The translations under genes were made by a program, and so were the position numbers. Below are positions 1-10,376 of a stretch of 19,807 nt of DNA, piece after piece. Each line of letters begins with the position of its first letter. Positions within the stretch are counted from its first letter, which is position 1. This stretch comes from a virus. Lineage: Duplodnaviria > Heunggongvirae > Uroviricota > Caudoviricetes. A model generated the notes under the pieces. That model did not search any database, was not told the origin of the DNA, and saw only the letters and a list, made by a program, of their open reading frames with translations. The stretch is from IMG/VR virus record IMGVR_UViG_3300037333_000017, positions 86,295-106,101 of that record. One strand, given 5' to 3'.

Positions 1-3000
1 CTATTGTGGTAGTGGTCGACTAGATGAACCATAAGGTGTTTGCTATCCACTCCTAATTTCTTATATTCTCGCTCAGCAGGTTTGTAGTACATCTCATAGA
101 ATGTAAGATCTTGTGCTTTCTTACAGTTAATGTCATTACCTATCTGTTTCAAGAACGTCATAAGTTCTGTTTTACTACCAGAGTAGTATCTGCCATTATT
201 GAATTTAGCCATTATCTCGTTAAGGTTATCTTTGTAGGTTGGTCCTAGATTCTTTAGGGTTTTTAGAACCTTATATAGAGATCCAGATTTCTCTGTGAAT
301 TGGTACGCGCCGAACGATACAAAGTTCTCACCTTTTACAATGTTTGCAGCACCGTAGCGATTGTTCGTCTCTACAGTTCTTATGATGTATCCAGCTACTT
401 CGGCAACGCCCTTTAAAACCTTCGTCGTTCCTTCCACCGTCTCTACAGGTCCACTAATCTTAGATATGTCTGACTTACCTGTGACTGGCATTGTCGTACC
501 GGGTGTTTTCACCGGTGTGTTAGCCGAACCGACAGGTTTGTTTTTACCGAATGCGATGTATTCGTCTAATGCCGTCTTACGTTCTTTCGTCGCGAGAGTT
601 ATCTCCGTCGTTAATGCTTTCTTCTCTTCTTCAGTAGTTGCGTCTTTCATAGCGCCCTTAAGTGTTATAAGGCGTTGGTTAGACGTTTTCACCTTCTCTA
701 GTATGATAGAGCGCTCACCTTCTAGCGCCGCAGTTTTCTTCTTCTCTTCTTCCATGACTCGTTTATCGTCATCGCGGTTTGTTTTAAGCACTCTCTTAGC
801 GTTAGTTATGAGCTCCGAGCGCTGCTTCTTGAGCTTGTTTAGTCTCTTCTCATAAATCTTACGTCTACTTGATGAAACACTGTCTTCCATCTTAACGTGC
901 AGTAGTGCTATCTCCACGTTTAGTTTCTCTATGGCGTTCCTGTACACAGGTTCGAATTCAGAAGTATCTACGAACGTCATCACACCGGCGTCGTAAGCGT
1001 CAGCGATCATTTCGTCCTCTTCTAAGGTTGTCTCCTTCTTCTCTCCGTTACCTATTGGTAGTAGAGATAATCCGGCGGATAACAGTGGACCAACACCTGG
1101 TATGAGACTAGCTAGTCCTGTGATCATGCTCATCGTTCCCTCAAGGAGGTTGCCGTTTGTTAACTGACTAAACCCGTATAGGACGGCACCCAGGAAGCCG
1201 AACTTACCGAGTTTCTTCAGTCCGTTCATACTGAAGAGACCCTTAGCACCGTCGATTACTTTATCTCCACCTTTCAGGAGTGCTCCACCAACAGTGGTTG
1301 CTCCAGTAGCCACACCCTTAACTACACGTGCCGTACCCATAGCCCCAGTGAACGAAGCTTTAGCTATCTCCCAAGCAGCAGTACCGGCTAACTTAGCTGT
1401 CCACCACGCTCCTTTTATAGGTGCGAATCCAAGTCCCTTAACTATTCCACCTACCATACTACTTAAGACACCTAATATACTTGTCGTACCCTTAACGGAA
1501 CCGAGTATGTTACCCATAAGACCGCCAACCATAGACATACCCCCGGTTAAAGCCGCAAGTATCATACCGAGTATCCCTCCTTTCTCTTCTTTCGGTTTCT
1601 CTTCTTTCTCCTTCTTGGTCTTTTTAGCCTTCGGTTTCTTATTCTCTATCTGTTCTTGCCATGAACCGTTCCTTTTACCATCTCCGTCGCTATCGAAGAA
1701 TGTCTTCTTGTTCTTTTTATCTTTAGACTTAAACATTCCGCCGACATAGCCAAATATAGAATTACCGACATTCTTAGCGTCCTCTTTCTTTTTCTTTAAG
1801 GCATATATCTTACTAAGATCTTTATAAAGGTTTTTCTTATCCTTATTAGTTAATTCAGGATACTTCTTTATAAAGAACGTCATAGCTTCCTCTACGGTGT
1901 CGAGTCGTAATGCCTCTAGATCCTTTATCTTAAGTCGAGAGACGTAGTTTTTTATACTACTGTAACGACCTTTAGATTGTTTGATAATTCTGTCTTTTCT
2001 TCCCATAGCGCCATCTTTTAACGACTTTACGAAGTTATCGGCATCAGCCTTGTCTATTTTGTCGTATAACCCACCGACTTCTTTCTCTATACGTTTAAGG
2101 GTTGCGATGTCGTGCTTTCCGTATAGGTCAGAGAAGTATTTGAATGCTTTATCCCTAGAGTCTAACCCGAGTTTCTCTAGGTCTCCTTTGCTTGTAGTTT
2201 TTATGAGTTTTGTGAGCCTATTCTTTCTGATAGTGAACTTACGATTAATATACGCCATGTCTTTAGATAGTTTTTCTTTATCCAAATTCTTAGCGTAATC
2301 GTACGTTTCCTTAATCTTGCGCTCCGTGAACTCATAACCCTTAGAGTCGTAAATCTCATTAAGTTTCTTATCTATCTTCTCTCTCGTCTCTAAACTTATA
2401 TTATCCTTATAAGTTTTCTCGATGCGTTCAATAGCCTCCTTCTTAGTCTTAGCTCCCATGTCTATAAAGTCATCTTTAGTCATGTTAGCTACGGTCTCAT
2501 CAAGGTCTTTTGCTTTCTTCAGTATATCACGACCAGCTCTTTTAGCCTTAACGATCGCTTTCTTCTTAAGCTTCTTCTTATCTAATTTCTCATAATCGCT
2601 CTTAGCAGAATCATAGACGTCCTTAAGAGAAGTTACTTTGGCGCTAGACGTGTCTATCCCTCCACTTGTAAATGCCCTTTCGAACTTCTTACTAGATGTC
2701 TCACCAATTAACCCGGATACTAGCTCGTGATACCGTTTAGTGTCTATCTGGTACTCTCCCGTTACTTTGTTGTATTTCGCTAATCCCTGTTTCTCTAGAG
2801 CCTCTATATTTCCAGAGTCCTTATACTCTTTGAACATAGATGTCGGGTCCTTTATAGACGACTTAGAGTCACGGAGCGTGGAGTATAGTGCATCTAGGTT
2901 GTCAGCATCAACCTCTCCGTCGTCTCCGTTAAGGTACTTCATTATGAGTTTCCTTACCTTCTTGCCTAGGTCTTTATCGAACATTCTATAGAAACCGTTC

Positions 3001-4625
3001 TGTTCTAGGAACTCCGGATTGAGAGAATCGTGGGTTGTTATATAGCTATATAACTTAGAGATAAGTATCTTTTTCTCTTTGCCAGTTAGTTTAGGCTTAG
3101 TGTTGTATGTTATCTTATCGACAAATGATTTTAGTTTATAAGTCGTGCCATCGTTATAAGTCTTCGTCTTTATGTCGTCGATAATCTTTACATCAACGTC
3201 GTCGGCAGACTCGAACCTATCTGTTTTAAAATTATACCTAAGTTCACTAGACTTTCCTCCGGTTCTGAACTTCTCAACAGAGGATAGAATTTTACTCAAG
3301 AGACTAGGTATGACTTTTATGATGCTCAATCGTGTTCTGTTATCAAATAAGACGTTATCGTCTAATCCGACTTCTTGTATCGAAGTAGCAATGTCTTTAG
3401 CTGGGTCCCTACCGAGGTCTCTGAAATATGCAGCAACACTACCTATAATGTTACCCTTATTCTCCTCAGATACTTTATTCAGTTGTTCAACACCGCCAGA
3501 TAGTATTCTATTCGACTTCTTAACGAATGCAGATAACTTAGGATTGTCTCTGAGTAACTTAAGAAGAGCATTGTTCGCCTGATTCTCCGCGATACCAGCA
3601 ACCTCAGAACCAGCCGTATTTCCCATACTCATGCCAGCTTCTTCGCCGTCTCGTAAGCTTTCCATCAGGTTCTCACGCTCGTCATTGAGATCCGCAGCTT
3701 GTGAAACATACCCTTTAATATTCTTGGTCGTGTCCTTAACGCGACCTATAATGTTAGATCTTACATTATCCACCCAACTATTACCGCCGAATAAGGAGTC
3801 CGTTACTTTATCGTTAAACTTACTACGCATGTTCGCATGTAACGCTTCCATAGATCTAGTCTTAACGAAGTCCGGAAGTCCCGTATTCTTAGCTATGATG
3901 TTATTCTCTTTAGCGAGCCTATCGAAACCTGACGCCAATATCGATTTAATATCCGTTGTCAAAAACACCTGTTTGTACTGTAGTTCAAGCTGTTTCTTAT
4001 AGAAAGCCGTCGTATTATTTATTGCGAATTTAGATAGTAGACTAGTGTGAGCCGCTACAGCTTGGAGTAGGTTTAGCTGACTATTCATCTGGTTAAACTT
4101 CATTATCTCTTTAGATAACTCTTCCTTATTCGCTTCGGCGCTAGTATTAAGAGAACCTAACGAACCCATCGCGGACATGACCCTGTTGTTCATTTTCTCT
4201 TCGTCGGATAATTCCCTATTAGAGCTACCAGATCCTGTACTGACAAAGCCCAGAAGTTTCTGAGATATATCTCCGAGTACTCCATCTTTTGGAGCTATTT
4301 GTTTCAAACTCCTTGTTATAGGCGCTAACTCTTTCTTAACTTCATCTACAGAGTTCTCTAGTTCATCCTTAAAATCTCCAATACCCGTCTCGAGGACGTC
4401 CCCAGCTTGTTCTCCTACAACACCCTTAAGTGCTGTACTAGATACTTTCTTCAATCTTTCCTCTACATTCTCTGCAGACGTAAAGTGCTCTACGAATCCT
4501 TCAGCACCGTCAGATAACGCCCCGACAGTCGGAGATCTATCTCCGTCACCGGATTTTATTCCTCCGTCCAACGCGGAGTCTAGATCGTCGAAGTCTTCCA
4601 TATCAAAGTTTTCATCAATTCCCAT
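1..4625 (-). CDS. Tail tape-measure / ejection protein, phiKZ gp181-like, with lysozyme-like domain near the window edge (3' partial, >1540 aa)
   Basis: ATG at 4625 (MGIDENFDMEDFDDLDS...) follows an AAGGAAA SD. The frame was open wherever I translated it (both ends and several internal stretches). It is absent from the ORF track, consistent with no stop inside the window. Motifs recalled from gp181 homologs: KNTGLPDFVK (3861-3890) and DSDGDGKRNGSW (1659-1694). It has a Gly-rich hydrophobic stretch (~1050-1580) and lies divergent from vRNAP beta', as in phiKZ. Confidence 0.85.
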   Translation of the reverse strand, partial: MGIDENFDMEDFDDLDSALDGGIKSGDGDRSPTVGALSDGAEGFVEHFTSAENVEERLKKVSSTALKGVVGEQAGDVLETGIGDFKDELENSVDEVKKELAPITRSLKQIAPKDGVLGDISQKLLGFVSTGSGSSNRELSDEEKMNNRVMSAMGSLGSLNTSAEANKEELSKEIMKFNQMNSQLNLLQAVAAHTSLLSKFAINNTTAFYKKQLELQYKQVFLTTDIKSILASGFDRLAKENNIIAKNTGLPDFVKTRSMEALHANMRSKFNDKVTDSLFGGNSWVDNVRSNIIGRVKDTTKNIKGYVSQAADLNDERENLMESLRDGEEAGMSMGNTAGSEVAGIAENQANNALLKLLRDNPKLSAFVKKSNRILSGGVEQLNKVSEENKGNIIGSVAAYFRDLGRDPAKDIATSIQEVGLDDNVLFDNRTRLSIIKVIPSLLSKILSSVEKFRTGGKSSELRYNFKTDRFESADDVDVKIIDDIKTKTYNDGTTYKLKSFVDKITYNTKPKLTGKEKKILISKLYSYITTHDSLNPEFLEQNGFYRMFDKDLGKKVRKLIMKYLNGDDGEVDADNLDALYSTLRDSKSSIKDPTSMFKEYKDSGNIEALEKQGLAKYNKVTGEYQIDTKRYHELVSGLIGETSSKKFERAFTSGGIDTSSAKVTSLKDVYDSAKSDYEKLDKKKLKKKAIVKAKRAGRDILKKAKDLDETVANMTKDDFIDMGAKTKKEAIERIEKTYKDNISLETREKIDKKLNEIYDSKGYEFTERKIKETYDYAKNLDKEKLSKDMAYINRKFTIRKNRLTKLIKTTSKGDLEKLGLDSRDKAFKYFSDLYGKHDIATLKRIEKEVGGLYDKIDKADADNFVKSLKDGAMGRKDRIIKQSKGRYSSIKNYVSRLKIKDLEALRLDTVEEAMTFFIKKYPELTNKDKKNLYKDLSKIYALKKKKEDAKNVGNSIFGYVGGMFKSKDKKNKKTFFDSDGDGKRNGSWQEQIENKKPKAKKTKKEKEEKPKEEKGGILGMILAALTGGMSMVGGLMGNILGSVKGTTSILGVLSSMVGGIVKGLGFAPIKGAWWTAKLAGTAAWEIAKASFTGAMGTARVVKGVATGATTVGGALLKGGDKVIDGAKGLFSMNGLKKLGKFGFLGAVLYGFSQLTNGNLLEGTMSMITGLASLIPGVGPLLSAGLSLLPIGNGEKKETTLEEDEMIADAYDAGVMTFVDTSEFEPVYRNAIEKLNVEIALLHVKMEDSVSSSRRKIYEKRLNKLKKQRSELITNAKRVLKTNRDDDKRVMEEEKKKTAALEGERSIILEKVKTSNQRLITLKGAMKDATTEEEKKALTTEITLATKERKTALDEYIAFGKNKPVGSANTPVKTPGTTMPVTGKSDISKISGPVETVEGTTKVLKGVAEVAGYIIRTVETNNRYGAANIVKGENFVSFGAYQFTEKSGSLYKVLKTLKNLGPTYKDNLNEIMAKFNNGRYYSGSKTELMTFLKQIGNDINCKKAQDLTFYEMYYKPAEREYKKLGVDSKHLMVHLVDHYHN

Positions 4626-4629
4626 ATCA

Positions 4630-4670
4630 TTTCCTTTGAGATCGTATTTGTAATACTTATTCAAAGGAAA
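4630..4670. promoter_or_regulatory. Symmetric divergent initiation region (quasi-palindrome containing both SD sites)
   Basis: TTTCCTTTGA (4630-4639) and TCAAAGGAAA (4661-4670) are a perfect 10-bp inverted repeat. The inner pair GTATT (4644-4648) / AATAC (4652-4656) shares the same centre, 4650. Confidence 0.6.
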
Positions 4671-4673
4671 CAC

Positions 4674-6269
4674 ATGAAAAAAGAAGGTTTAAGCGTTGGT
4701 CTTTTGAGTCCAACGAAGGAAGACGTTAAATATATAGGAGAGATAACTTCGTTAAATAGTCTCCAGGTATCGTCGACAAACTTTGACCCAGATGGGTTAT
4801 ATTCGGTAGAGTTTTTTGGTATTGTGGGAAGTAAAGACAGACTAAATAAAATGGCGTACATAGATACGAAAATACCTGTCATACACCCAAAGATATACGA
4901 AGCGCTTATGAGTCTAGATGCGCTATACTTAAAGATCCTAACAGGTAAGGCGAGAGTAGTAATAGATAAGAAAGAGAAATGCTTCGTAGAGGACCCTAAC
5001 GGCGGAACAGGATACACTTTCTTTATTAATAACATAGAGAAAATTGAGCTGAAGAGAAACGAATCTGAGAGGAGAGACGCTAAGATAGATTTAGTCTATA
5101 AGGCTATACGAGAGAACAAATTAACATACACAAGACATTATGTGTTGCCTGCGGGAATGAGAGAGTATGAAATCACCGCAGACAATAGGCCGTCTGAAGA
5201 TGAGATAAATGACCTGTATAGAAAGGTTTTAAGAGATAAAGATCTTATTGTAGGTATCGACACAGATGACGATTTATCGCTGATAGATCCAATACGCGTT
5301 AAGCTACAGGACGACGTCATTTCCATCTATGACTACATAAAGGCGCTAGTAGATGGTAAGCACAAGTTCGTTAGAGGAAAATGGATCAAGGCTGGAGTTA
5401 CGCACGGAACACGTAATGTATTCTCTGGCGTACCGACGGCTATAACAAACATATTCGATATAGACGATACGATAACGCCAAAAGATGTTGTACTCGGTGT
5501 AATGCAAACCGCCAAAGCTTTCGGTCCAATAACGTACTTCGAAATAAAGAAACGTTTCTTGAACTCGATCATAGACCCGAATACAGAGACGTTTGTACTT
5601 ATAAGTGATAAATTCTCCGCTGTAAGGAAGAAACCCAACACTAAGGAGTATGACAGATGGTCTACGAGAGATGGTATAGACAGCGTTGTCTATAGGGCTA
5701 TTAGTGATGCTGTTAAAAACTTACCCGTTGTGATAGACAGCTGTTATCTCGCTTGCATATATGAAGACGGTGAGAATATAAAAGTTGTTACATCTGATAC
5801 TGTAGACCTTATAGATGATAAAGATAAGTTAAGACCAATGACGTACGGAGAGATGTTGTTCTTCGCGACAAAAGACTCAAGCAAGAAATATCCTGTAACA
5901 ACAACGAGACACCCTGTTATCGAGAACGGTAGTTCCTATTACGCTATGATAAAATTACGGACCACGATGACAGACAGAGAAGTGACAGATATGGACACAG
6001 GAGAGATATATAAACACTACCCTGTTATAGGTGAAGCATGGTACAATACGATTGGCCTACACTACAGTAGGCTTGATGGTATGGGGGCCGACTTCGACGG
6101 AGATACAGGTTCAATCATAGCCTACATGACAATAGACGCCGCGGAAGAAGCAGCGAGATTAATGAAAGAGTTTACATATTATGTAAATGCTACGGGAACG
6201 CCAACACTCAACCTTGTTGACGACGTACTCGTTAAGCTCGTTAAGACACTTACAAAGAAACGAAAATAG
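4674..6269 (+). CDS. rpoC: Virion RNA polymerase beta' subunit, N-terminal/catalytic part (phiKZ gp180-like)
   Basis: Catalytic ADFDGD at 6087-6104. Other beta'-like motifs: GLYSVEFFG (cf. GLFCERIFG), VLPAGMRE (cf. VLPPDLRP), GKHKFVRGKWIKAGVTHGTRNV (cf. [22 protein letters not shown]), TRHPVI (cf. NRAPTL). At 531 aa it is a split subunit. Synteny matches gp181/gp178/gp175. Confidence 0.93.
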   Translation: MKKEGLSVGLLSPTKEDVKYIGEITSLNSLQVSSTNFDPDGLYSVEFFGIVGSKDRLNKMAYIDTKIPVIHPKIYEALMSLDALYLKILTGKARVVIDKKEKCFVEDPNGGTGYTFFINNIEKIELKRNESERRDAKIDLVYKAIRENKLTYTRHYVLPAGMREYEITADNRPSEDEINDLYRKVLRDKDLIVGIDTDDDLSLIDPIRVKLQDDVISIYDYIKALVDGKHKFVRGKWIKAGVTHGTRNVFSGVPTAITNIFDIDDTITPKDVVLGVMQTAKAFGPITYFEIKKRFLNSIIDPNTETFVLISDKFSAVRKKPNTKEYDRWSTRDGIDSVVYRAISDAVKNLPVVIDSCYLACIYEDGENIKVVTSDTVDLIDDKDKLRPMTYGEMLFFATKDSSKKYPVTTTRHPVIENGSSYYAMIKLRTTMTDREVTDMDTGEIYKHYPVIGEAWYNTIGLHYSRLDGMGADFDGDTGSIIAYMTIDAAEEAARLMKEFTYYVNATGTPTLNLVDDVLVKLVKTLTKKRK

Positions 6270-6277
6270 GAGACTAA

Positions 6278-9200
6278 ATGACAATAGAAAATATTTATAA
6301 AACCATCGGAGTGAGGAGATTAAACCACTTTACCGCACCTAGAGTTATAAACGCAAAAGCTTTTGCCTTCCCGAAAGGAAGTGTGCTTGTAACGTTCATG
6401 GATAAGTTATTCCCTAAGAGTGACGCAGACTTCTTACTAAAAACAAAGCGCCCTATCCTATATAGTGTAGATAGATATAACGGACAACTATACGACGCTA
6501 AATTACAACACAGAGACGTGAAGTCCGTCATCACGAAACATAAAAAAGAAGATGATGGATTCAACTACGTCTTTTCTAAAACAAAAGCTGTTTTCGCTAG
6601 AGATACAGATCTTGTAGTATTTAACTACTCATTACTTAACTACATATATAAGTATAAGACAATACAAGGCGAAGACTATAAACGAACTCTAAATCTTTTC
6701 AGAACTGTGTCTACAGATTTAAACAACGGCCTTGTCAGCGATAGAGTTAGATACGTGCACATACCGATCACCATGCCTATCCAAGAACTGAAGATATTCA
6801 TCTCTAACATAAAAAAGAATATTAAGATTAACGAAAAAAGCTTTAAGACAGAATTCGAAAGATTCGTTTTCGAGATGTTCAAACTCTTACACGGTGGTCC
6901 AGAATCGTCTGTCTTCGACAAGGTCATACACACGGACCAGTATGGTGACATTTACTTCATTATGACATACGGATCTAAGCTATCGCTCGTATCGTTAAGA
7001 CACATAGTGAGTGCGTGTAAGTGGTCTACTGAGATAAGTGAGATGTCTAAAAGAGATGGGAAGTTAATCGCTAAGATGTTCTTACTCTATATCCTACTCA
7101 TAGTTAAGAGCGAACCTAACGTAAACGTAGACAAAGGACTAAACAATCCAAAGGCTATTAAAGTAATAGAAGAGACGGATACCGGTGACTTTAAGTTAAC
7201 GGACAAGGACGTTGAGAGTATGCTTTCTAGTGAGATAGAACGTACGGTTGAACAGGTATCGGACACGAATGACCTTATAGATAAACTAATAGAGGTGAAC
7301 AGTAAACAGACGGAAAGACTCATATCAGGAGCTAACGAAGAGTCTCCTGAAGATACATACACGAGAGCGCTATCCGAATTCGAAGATATGGGTATACTTA
7401 ACGAGAAGAATAGGAAGAAACTAGAAGAAGCATTAAAGGACTCGCGTTACACTCAGGAGACCGTAACGGACGACGAGTTATATATTAAAGAGGAGGAGAC
7501 AAAACTAAAAGACAGGATAACAGTTACAGATAAAACTATGCTAACAGATAGTATCACACCGTTCATGCAGAAGTATCTTAAGACCGTGTACAGTAAGGAC
7601 GTAAGAAACACGCTATTCGCTATCCAGAACTTAGGTGTTGTCATATCAGACTATGAAGTGACTGATGATATATCCGCCATGGGTAACTATAGAACACACA
7701 CGCTAAATCTTAAACTACCGAACGGTAAGTCTAAAAAGATGTCTATAGTACTACCAATCTTCAACGAGAAGGACGGTACGTTTATACATAGTACCAAACA
7801 GTATGTTCTAAAGAAACAAAAAACAGACAGACCTATAAGGAAGATTAGCTCCGATAAAGTAACGCTCACGAGTTACGCGACAAAGATCTTTATAACGAAA
7901 GCCAGAGTTAAGTCTATAGATAGGGGATTTAAGATATACTCCGAATTAAAGAAATTGGCGGCTGATGAGAACTCTAAGGTTAGACTAGTGATCTATTCAG
8001 AACAGCGAGTACTTGAGAAAGAACTACCTATGGATTATTCACTATTCTCTCGCTATATTCTTAGTTTTAATGTCGGTAAACTCTACTTCAACTTCGATTA
8101 CGACAACAGAAAGGGACTACTGGAAAATCAAACAGACCTACATAAGTTAGAAAAGAACGGAAAAGTACTTGTTGGTGTGGGAGGAAACAGTGATTATCTG
8201 CTTATGACGAAGGACGGATCTATAGAGTCCACTAAGAATGGACACTTAGGTAACCTGTACACGCTGACATCATTAGATACAAGTAAGTTACCAGTAGAGT
8301 TTGCTATGGTTAAGATAAGAGGAGCAGAGATGCCCGTAGGTCTTATACTTATATACATCTATGGTCTAATGCCGTTACTACGTATGTTAGGTGTAAAGAC
8401 AGATAAGGCACAATCCACAAAACGTTTCGAGTCCGTTCCATACGATACTTATGAGTTAAAGTTTAATGATTATAAACTAAGAATAAGAACAGGTGAGAAT
8501 CCAACAGGAGATATGGTGTTAGGCGGCATATCTAGGATGAAGGAGTTAGGATCTATACCACTATCCGCATTAGAAAGTAGGAACGACATAGAGAATTTCA
8601 TGTTCCAGTTAGGATATAGGAGGGACATCGTAAATGAAATTTTACTCTTAGATAAGATGTTCATAGACCCTATAACAAAAGACATACTTAAACTAATGAA
8701 GGAGCCCGTCACTTACAGGGGCTTACTGGTACGAGCCTGTAACCTACTAACGACAGACTTTATGAACCACCCTAATAACATCGATAATATGTTGATTAAG
8801 CAGCACGATAGAGTTGTCGGTATGGCGTATAAAGTAATGTTCGAACAGCTAAGGAACTTCTATAATGGATTAGGGACCTTCAACAATACATTAAATGTCA
8901 ACAGGTATGAAGTAATAAACAAACTAACCGAAGACTCTACGACTATGCTTGTGGAGGACAATAACCCTGTTCAGATGCTTAAGTTATTCGAAGACGTTAC
9001 AATGACTGGTGAGTTTGGGAGAACCAAAGAGACCATCGTTGGTGGGGACAGAGAGATGCACGTATCTGAAGTCGGAATCATCTCTGAGGGTGTTAAAGAT
9101 AGTGGAGACGTAGGTATATCTGCATACCTATCGGCGGCACCAAAACTCGAAAACGTTAGGGGTATGGCGACCGTAGAAGATATAGAAAATCTCAATCCTG

Positions 9201-10348
9201 TAAATATCTTGTCAACGTCATCTGTTCTTACGCCATATAACGATAGAGACGATACTAAGCGTCAGAACTTTACGGGTGTTCAATACGGACATGTTGTGCC
9301 TATGCGACACAGTGTCGTCGTTCCTGTATCTACAGGATACGATACTGTATTGTCAGACAGAGTCCCGACTAAGTTTGTTGGTAAGGCGAGTAAGGATGGC
9401 ATTGTTAAATCTGTAGACAAAGACTCAGTCGTCGTCCTATACGCAGATAAGACAACAGAGACGTTCTCATTGAAACCGTGGTCGTCTAAAGAAGAGGCCG
9501 GTTCTACATATATACACTATATGGTCCCAGCTGTTCGTAAGAACGATAGAGTGTCTGAAAGAGATGTCATAACATACGATTCATTGTTCTTCGAACCGGA
9601 CATATTTGATAGTAGAGTACTTGTCTTTAAAACAGGTATGATAGTTAGGGTAGCGTTCAAAGAAGTCGAAGAGACTTTTGAAGACTCTGGAGCTATTTCT
9701 GAGAAAATGCAGGAACGACTATCTACAGATATAACCGCAGTAAAATCTATCGTTACAAACGCTAGCAACCGACTCATCAACATCAAACCTAAGACGTCTA
9801 GAGTATCGTATCACGACGAATTATTAACTATCATAGAACAACAAGATGAGGCTGACATCCCGTACGAACTATCGGATAAGACAAAAGCTATACTAGAAAA
9901 CAACCGTAACGCCTCTCCTAAGGCCGAAAAAGACGGCAGAGTAGTAATGGTTAAATGTTACTATAATTGCGAATATGGAGAGATGAGCAGTAGCGTTAGA
10001 AAACTCGTTAAAACGATAGAAGATGAATACGGTAGCTGTAAAGTTAATAACGGTTATTCTGTGAACGGCACTAAACTACTCCCGGGTGAGATAGAAATAA
10101 AGTACTATATAGAAGGAGGACTATCAGCCGGCGTCGGAGATAAATTTGTCCTAAATAACCAGTTGAAGTTCACGCTATCGACTGTGTTCCCTAATAAGAT
10201 AGTCTCTAAAGATGGTAGACCCATAGACTTAAAGTTTTCAACAAAGTCTAAAGATAACCGTATCGTAACGAGTGCAGATATCATAGCTGTTAAGACAACG
10301 GCGATAATTACGCTACAGGAGAGAATGCTAGAAGCATACTTTAATTAA
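6278..10348 (+). CDS. rpoB: Virion RNA polymerase beta subunit (phiKZ gp178-like)
   Basis: 1356 aa with beta-like motifs SEGVKDSGDVG, DDTKRQNFTGVQYGHVVP (cf. DDANRALMGANMQRQAVP), FEDSGAISE, GVGDKFVLNNQLK (cf. GDKMAGRHGNK) and DLKFSTKSKDNRI. The SD AGGAG overlaps the beta' stop codon. Confidence 0.92.
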   Translation: MTIENIYKTIGVRRLNHFTAPRVINAKAFAFPKGSVLVTFMDKLFPKSDADFLLKTKRPILYSVDRYNGQLYDAKLQHRDVKSVITKHKKEDDGFNYVFSKTKAVFARDTDLVVFNYSLLNYIYKYKTIQGEDYKRTLNLFRTVSTDLNNGLVSDRVRYVHIPITMPIQELKIFISNIKKNIKINEKSFKTEFERFVFEMFKLLHGGPESSVFDKVIHTDQYGDIYFIMTYGSKLSLVSLRHIVSACKWSTEISEMSKRDGKLIAKMFLLYILLIVKSEPNVNVDKGLNNPKAIKVIEETDTGDFKLTDKDVESMLSSEIERTVEQVSDTNDLIDKLIEVNSKQTERLISGANEESPEDTYTRALSEFEDMGILNEKNRKKLEEALKDSRYTQETVTDDELYIKEEETKLKDRITVTDKTMLTDSITPFMQKYLKTVYSKDVRNTLFAIQNLGVVISDYEVTDDISAMGNYRTHTLNLKLPNGKSKKMSIVLPIFNEKDGTFIHSTKQYVLKKQKTDRPIRKISSDKVTLTSYATKIFITKARVKSIDRGFKIYSELKKLAADENSKVRLVIYSEQRVLEKELPMDYSLFSRYILSFNVGKLYFNFDYDNRKGLLENQTDLHKLEKNGKVLVGVGGNSDYLLMTKDGSIESTKNGHLGNLYTLTSLDTSKLPVEFAMVKIRGAEMPVGLILIYIYGLMPLLRMLGVKTDKAQSTKRFESVPYDTYELKFNDYKLRIRTGENPTGDMVLGGISRMKELGSIPLSALESRNDIENFMFQLGYRRDIVNEILLLDKMFIDPITKDILKLMKEPVTYRGLLVRACNLLTTDFMNHPNNIDNMLIKQHDRVVGMAYKVMFEQLRNFYNGLGTFNNTLNVNRYEVINKLTEDSTTMLVEDNNPVQMLKLFEDVTMTGEFGRTKETIVGGDREMHVSEVGIISEGVKDSGDVGISAYLSAAPKLENVRGMATVEDIENLNPVNILSTSSVLTPYNDRDDTKRQNFTGVQYGHVVPMRHSVVVPVSTGYDTVLSDRVPTKFVGKASKDGIVKSVDKDSVVVLYADKTTETFSLKPWSSKEEAGSTYIHYMVPAVRKNDRVSERDVITYDSLFFEPDIFDSRVLVFKTGMIVRVAFKEVEETFEDSGAISEKMQERLSTDITAVKSIVTNASNRLINIKPKTSRVSYHDELLTIIEQQDEADIPYELSDKTKAILENNRNASPKAEKDGRVVMVKCYYNCEYGEMSSSVRKLVKTIEDEYGSCKVNNGYSVNGTKLLPGEIEIKYYIEGGLSAGVGDKFVLNNQLKFTLSTVFPNKIVSKDGRPIDLKFSTKSKDNRIVTSADIIAVKTTAIITLQERMLEAYFN

Positions 10349-10376
10349 TAATTTGAAATAACATAAAAGGAATACA

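Noticed and set aside
361-4002. Plus-strand ORFs in the track (361-855, 905-1105, 1294-1749, 1981-2298, 2740-2991, 3172-3582, 3631-4002)
   Set aside because: They are antisense shadows of the long minus-strand gene, with Ser/Leu/Phe-rich composition typical of reverse-complemented Lys/Glu/Arg codons and no SDs.
4674-10348. Interpretation as a cellular rpoB-rpoC operon
   Set aside because: The order is beta' then beta, beta' is only 531 aa, the motifs are highly diverged, there are no ribosomal protein genes, and the neighbours are phage morphogenesis genes.
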